Positions 60,946-64,000 of a stretch of DNA of 64,000 bases are shown here, piece after piece. The notes beneath the pieces are model-generated. The model was not told the origin of the DNA, did no database searches, and saw only the letters and a list, made by a program, of their open reading frames with translations. The position numbers and the translations under genes are program-made. The DNA is from Eutreptiella sp. 'Long Island Sound 2002'. Taxonomy: Eukaryota > Protista > Euglenida. Every line of letters starts with the position of its first letter. The stretch's first letter is position 1. The stretch spans positions 86,738,001 through 86,802,000 of the forward strand of contig OZ038378.1 of NCBI GenBank assembly GCA_964036045.1, in the 5' to 3' direction.

Positions 60946-63081
60946 ATGGCACCGGTTTCTATGTCGTTGCATGTCAGCTACATGCGGTCTCTTTGTAAGA
61001 CAGAATGGCGCACTGGTCGCCAAATGATATTGTCGGCTGTGTGCCATGTCGTGGCAAAGGAATTCATAAGATTCTGTGCGGGTCTACGTGTCAACAAGCG
61101 GACCCGCATTACGGTCGACCGCGTTCGCAAGGTGTTGGCACGAAAACAATGGCCGCGTTGGCTAACTAATTTTTCCAAGGAGGCCTATCATGTATGGCTG
61201 GGGATGCGTCGCATGGCCTTGCCACAAGCGGCCGTCCCCAGTGGTGAGAGCACCATTGCTGTAATGCGGGCAGACAGCCGCAAGCTTGTGCACGCTGGTA
61301 TCACCAAGCCGTCCCGGTTGTCTATTGCAGACCAGGGGGCATTACAGTTCCGGAAACTGTGGCGTAGCATTGTTCGCCGTGATATTGTGATGTGGGTGGA
61401 CAACTGGTGGCATGCCCAGTTTCCGGCCAATCCGGTGAGACCCAATGTCTGTCTAGATGTGACTGCCATAGCGGTGTTGCACACAACCCCCCTTCCTCAT
61501 TTTCTTGGCCACCCGAGTTTGTGTGACCTAGTGGACCGGGTGGAAACAGTGGCCATGGCAGTTGTTCAACAGCACAGAGAAATGTTGAAGGTGTGCACTG
61601 ATATGTGCAATACACCCATTTCTCGGAGAACCATCCGTGCCCCCCTCGATGTTGCCCGGGAGGCTGGTAGACAGCAACTCTTTTGGAAGCCATTCGGCAT
61701 ATATGAGTCCCGTACAGGTGAGAACCAAGAGCTCTTGGATCTCCTCGATATGCTACGCACTAACCAACGGCATTGTCAAAAACCTATGGCATTGCTCGTT
61801 GATTGCAACATCCACTACCGGGTGCTCAAATTTTTGTACTCTAGAGCAACCATTGACTGCAATTTTCCGGATTGGTTGCGGGGTATCTCGTTGATTTACG
61901 GCGTCTGGCACCCCTACAAACATGTTTGCAATATCATTTGGTGTAAATTCTTTCCTCTGTTTTCGTACATCACCGCTCCCGTGTTTGGGGCCGGTGCGTG
62001 CATATATAACCATCCCAAACTCATTGTAATAGAGAAAACCATCCCTGCCCTCCTTCTCTCAGCCCCGGACATACGGGCACAACTTCGGCAGAAAATTACC
62101 CTGTTTGAGGGACGCGGCAACCAAGCAGCCCTAAACACACAGGATGGGTTGCGCATCCTTCGGGGCCTTGAATCCCTCCTGAATTATTACCTCCCGGCCA
62201 TCTTTGTAGTAGGACACTTAGTGCGCAATTGCACTTGGGCTGGGCGCGCCGACGGGACTGGTATAGTGGCCACGTGTGTACTTCAGCGCTGCGTGGGTCT
62301 GCTTGTTGACCTAGCCGGTCCAGCTGCAGCAAAAATGGACTATGTCCGTACCATATGTTGTGCACTTCTGTACAATACACAATGGCACGACGACACGCCT
62401 GGTGCTGCCCATGTGGAGGAATGTTGTGAGGCCCTGCTTGCAAAATTGCGGGCACGGTGGGAGCAACACCCCGACAAGCACACGGCGTATGAGGCTGGTG
62501 ACCTATTCCGCACCATGCCCCCCCGTCAGGAGGCACGTGCAACGGAGTCCCTCTCCGAAAGTGTGTGTGTTGAGGTGCGCGACAAGGTATGGGCACTCAT
62601 GCGTGGTGCACGACGGGAGGAGCATCCAACTGTGCGATGGTCCTCGGGTCCAGTTAGTGTGGTTGAGGCAAAGAGAGACACAACGTACGTGTTCCCCGAA
62701 AAGGGAACCGGGGGTACCCTAACAGTTGTGTTCATGAAATCTATTCTAAAGCGCTTTCTGTGCACCCTAGTAGGTGGACAAGGGCTCCGCGATGATGCCA
62801 TGGCTTACATACGTCAACATATCCCACTTAGGCCACCTGTGAACCGCCGCGAAGCCCGGGCAGCTGTAGCAACAGTTGGGTTCATACCAATTGCAATGGA
62901 GCACATTATTCCCCCAGTGCCAAATGCAATGTTCATTGATCATGTGCGTGCCCCCCCTGAGGATTGCGTACCTGTGATCCGAGCGAGGGATGCTGTAGAT
63001 GTTGATGCCCTGTCTGATGGCCCTGTACCTGTTGTGCTCAGTGAGGAGTTGCGTGAATTTGATCTGATAGATTCGGACTAA
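60946..63081 (+). CDS. Intact 711-aa putative transposase, DUF6589/KDZ-like
   Basis: Uninterrupted ORF; motifs WVDN, KPFGIYESRTGENQELLDLL, LLVDCNIHYR, YGVWHPYK and EECCEALL conserved in three diverged copies; lies inside TIR-bounded elements. Confidence 0.8.
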   Translation: MAPVSMSLHVSYMRSLCKTEWRTGRQMILSAVCHVVAKEFIRFCAGLRVNKRTRITVDRVRKVLARKQWPRWLTNFSKEAYHVWLGMRRMALPQAAVPSGESTIAVMRADSRKLVHAGITKPSRLSIADQGALQFRKLWRSIVRRDIVMWVDNWWHAQFPANPVRPNVCLDVTAIAVLHTTPLPHFLGHPSLCDLVDRVETVAMAVVQQHREMLKVCTDMCNTPISRRTIRAPLDVAREAGRQQLFWKPFGIYESRTGENQELLDLLDMLRTNQRHCQKPMALLVDCNIHYRVLKFLYSRATIDCNFPDWLRGISLIYGVWHPYKHVCNIIWCKFFPLFSYITAPVFGAGACIYNHPKLIVIEKTIPALLLSAPDIRAQLRQKITLFEGRGNQAALNTQDGLRILRGLESLLNYYLPAIFVVGHLVRNCTWAGRADGTGIVATCVLQRCVGLLVDLAGPAAAKMDYVRTICCALLYNTQWHDDTPGAAHVEECCEALLAKLRARWEQHPDKHTAYEAGDLFRTMPPRQEARATESLSESVCVEVRDKVWALMRGARREEHPTVRWSSGPVSVVEAKRDTTYVFPEKGTGGTLTVVFMKSILKRFLCTLVGGQGLRDDAMAYIRQHIPLRPPVNRREARAAVATVGFIPIAMEHIIPPVPNAMFIDHVRAPPEDCVPVIRARDAVDVDALSDGPVPVVLSEELREFDLIDSD

Positions 63082-64000
63082 TCACGGGGGGGTGGCAATG
63101 CAGACCCCCCCATCCCCAAGACAGGCCAATCTGCTGTGTACAGGCCCCTTATTGCTGTACCCAAGAGTCTGGGCTCTGCAGAGCCCAGCTTTCTCCGCCA
63201 CTGAGTTTTTAGGGGTTGTAATACTAGTTTTTGACACTCTAGGCTCTGCAAAGCCCAGCCGGTCCCCACTGTCTGATATGTACCCGTATCTGGTCATTTT
63301 CAGTCGCTTTCATGTTGCTTTCATAAACTCAGACTGATCATCGAGGGGGGTGGCAATGCAACCCCCCCCCAGATAGGCAAATTTGATGTTTACACCCCTG
63401 CTATCACTGTACCCCAAGTCTCTGGGCTCTGCAGAGCCCAGCTTTGCCTGACACTGAGTTTCAAGGGGTCGTATTACTGGTTGTTGTTACTCTGGGCTCT
63501 GCAGAGCCGAGCCTGTCACCACTGCCTGATATGTACTCCCATCTGGTCATTTGCTGTTCCTTTCTTAGGGCTGGGCCAGTCCTGGACCATGCCATCTTGG
63601 TGCTTTGATCTGTGCACACATCTCCATTCTTTCGTATTGTAGTGTGCATCCGCTGCGTCAGCATGTGTGACCCTCGAAGAGGTGTGCCTGGCACTGCTGT
63701 ACTCACTGTTACGATTGTTGGAGTTAAATTGCCACAAGTAGGTTTGGCTGTGGTGTTGCAGGCCATTTGCACATGCCCAATTTCCAGCTGGTTCATACCT
63801 GTGTCAACAAGGGACGTTTTAGTGGGCCGGTTTGATGCTGTGACCATCAATGTGCCCTGGACATTGTACTTGAGATGCCTCTGCAGTGATTTGCTGTTTT
63901 GAAGACAGTTTTGGCTATTTCAACCCATGTGGGTCCCAATTTGAATGCTTTGATCCGACTAATTTGCTGTCCAAATCTGCCATTTGCCACCATTGATGCT

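Larger units (their letters stand above)
58532..64000 (+). mobile_element. Element C, best-preserved copy of the DUF6589-like family; right end lies beyond the window
   Basis: Left end TTA|GGAGGCCC shared with 36994; two intact ORFs; paired palindromes. Confidence 0.9.

Overview
Eukaryotic, repeat-dense window (GT-AG introns, frequent G/C homopolymer runs, CpG-decay signature); I cannot name the species. From 5' to 3': a 52-bp double-hairpin satellite (1-5971) interrupted by a captured transposon fragment; three small exons of a PRP40-like FF-domain host gene (7.5-11.2 kb); a TA-flanked MITE; then a nest of multi-gene DNA transposons set in a degenerate 42-bp minisatellite that carries a 6.1-kb tandem duplication. 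Two transposon systems can be reconstructed. (1) A TIR family with GG termini encoding a DUF6589/KDZ-like putative transposase plus cargo ORFs: one copy with both TIRs at 16128-22816, a truncated copy at 36994-40655, a copy with an intact 711-aa ORF from 58532, and a fragment at 1998-3902. Both subfamilies carry the same palindrome, TGGGCWCTGCAGWGCCCA, sitting in introns or in pairs 70 bp apart. (2) A three-gene element (~47.9-55.6 kb) encoding a RAG1/Transib-like transposase, a coiled-coil protein and a PhyH-like 2OG-Fe(II) dioxygenase, with palindromic CTCACTGAG spacers between genes. At least five short internal inversions are present, and several TE genes only read through once the inversion is undone. 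All family assignments come from motif recognition by eye, not from database searches.
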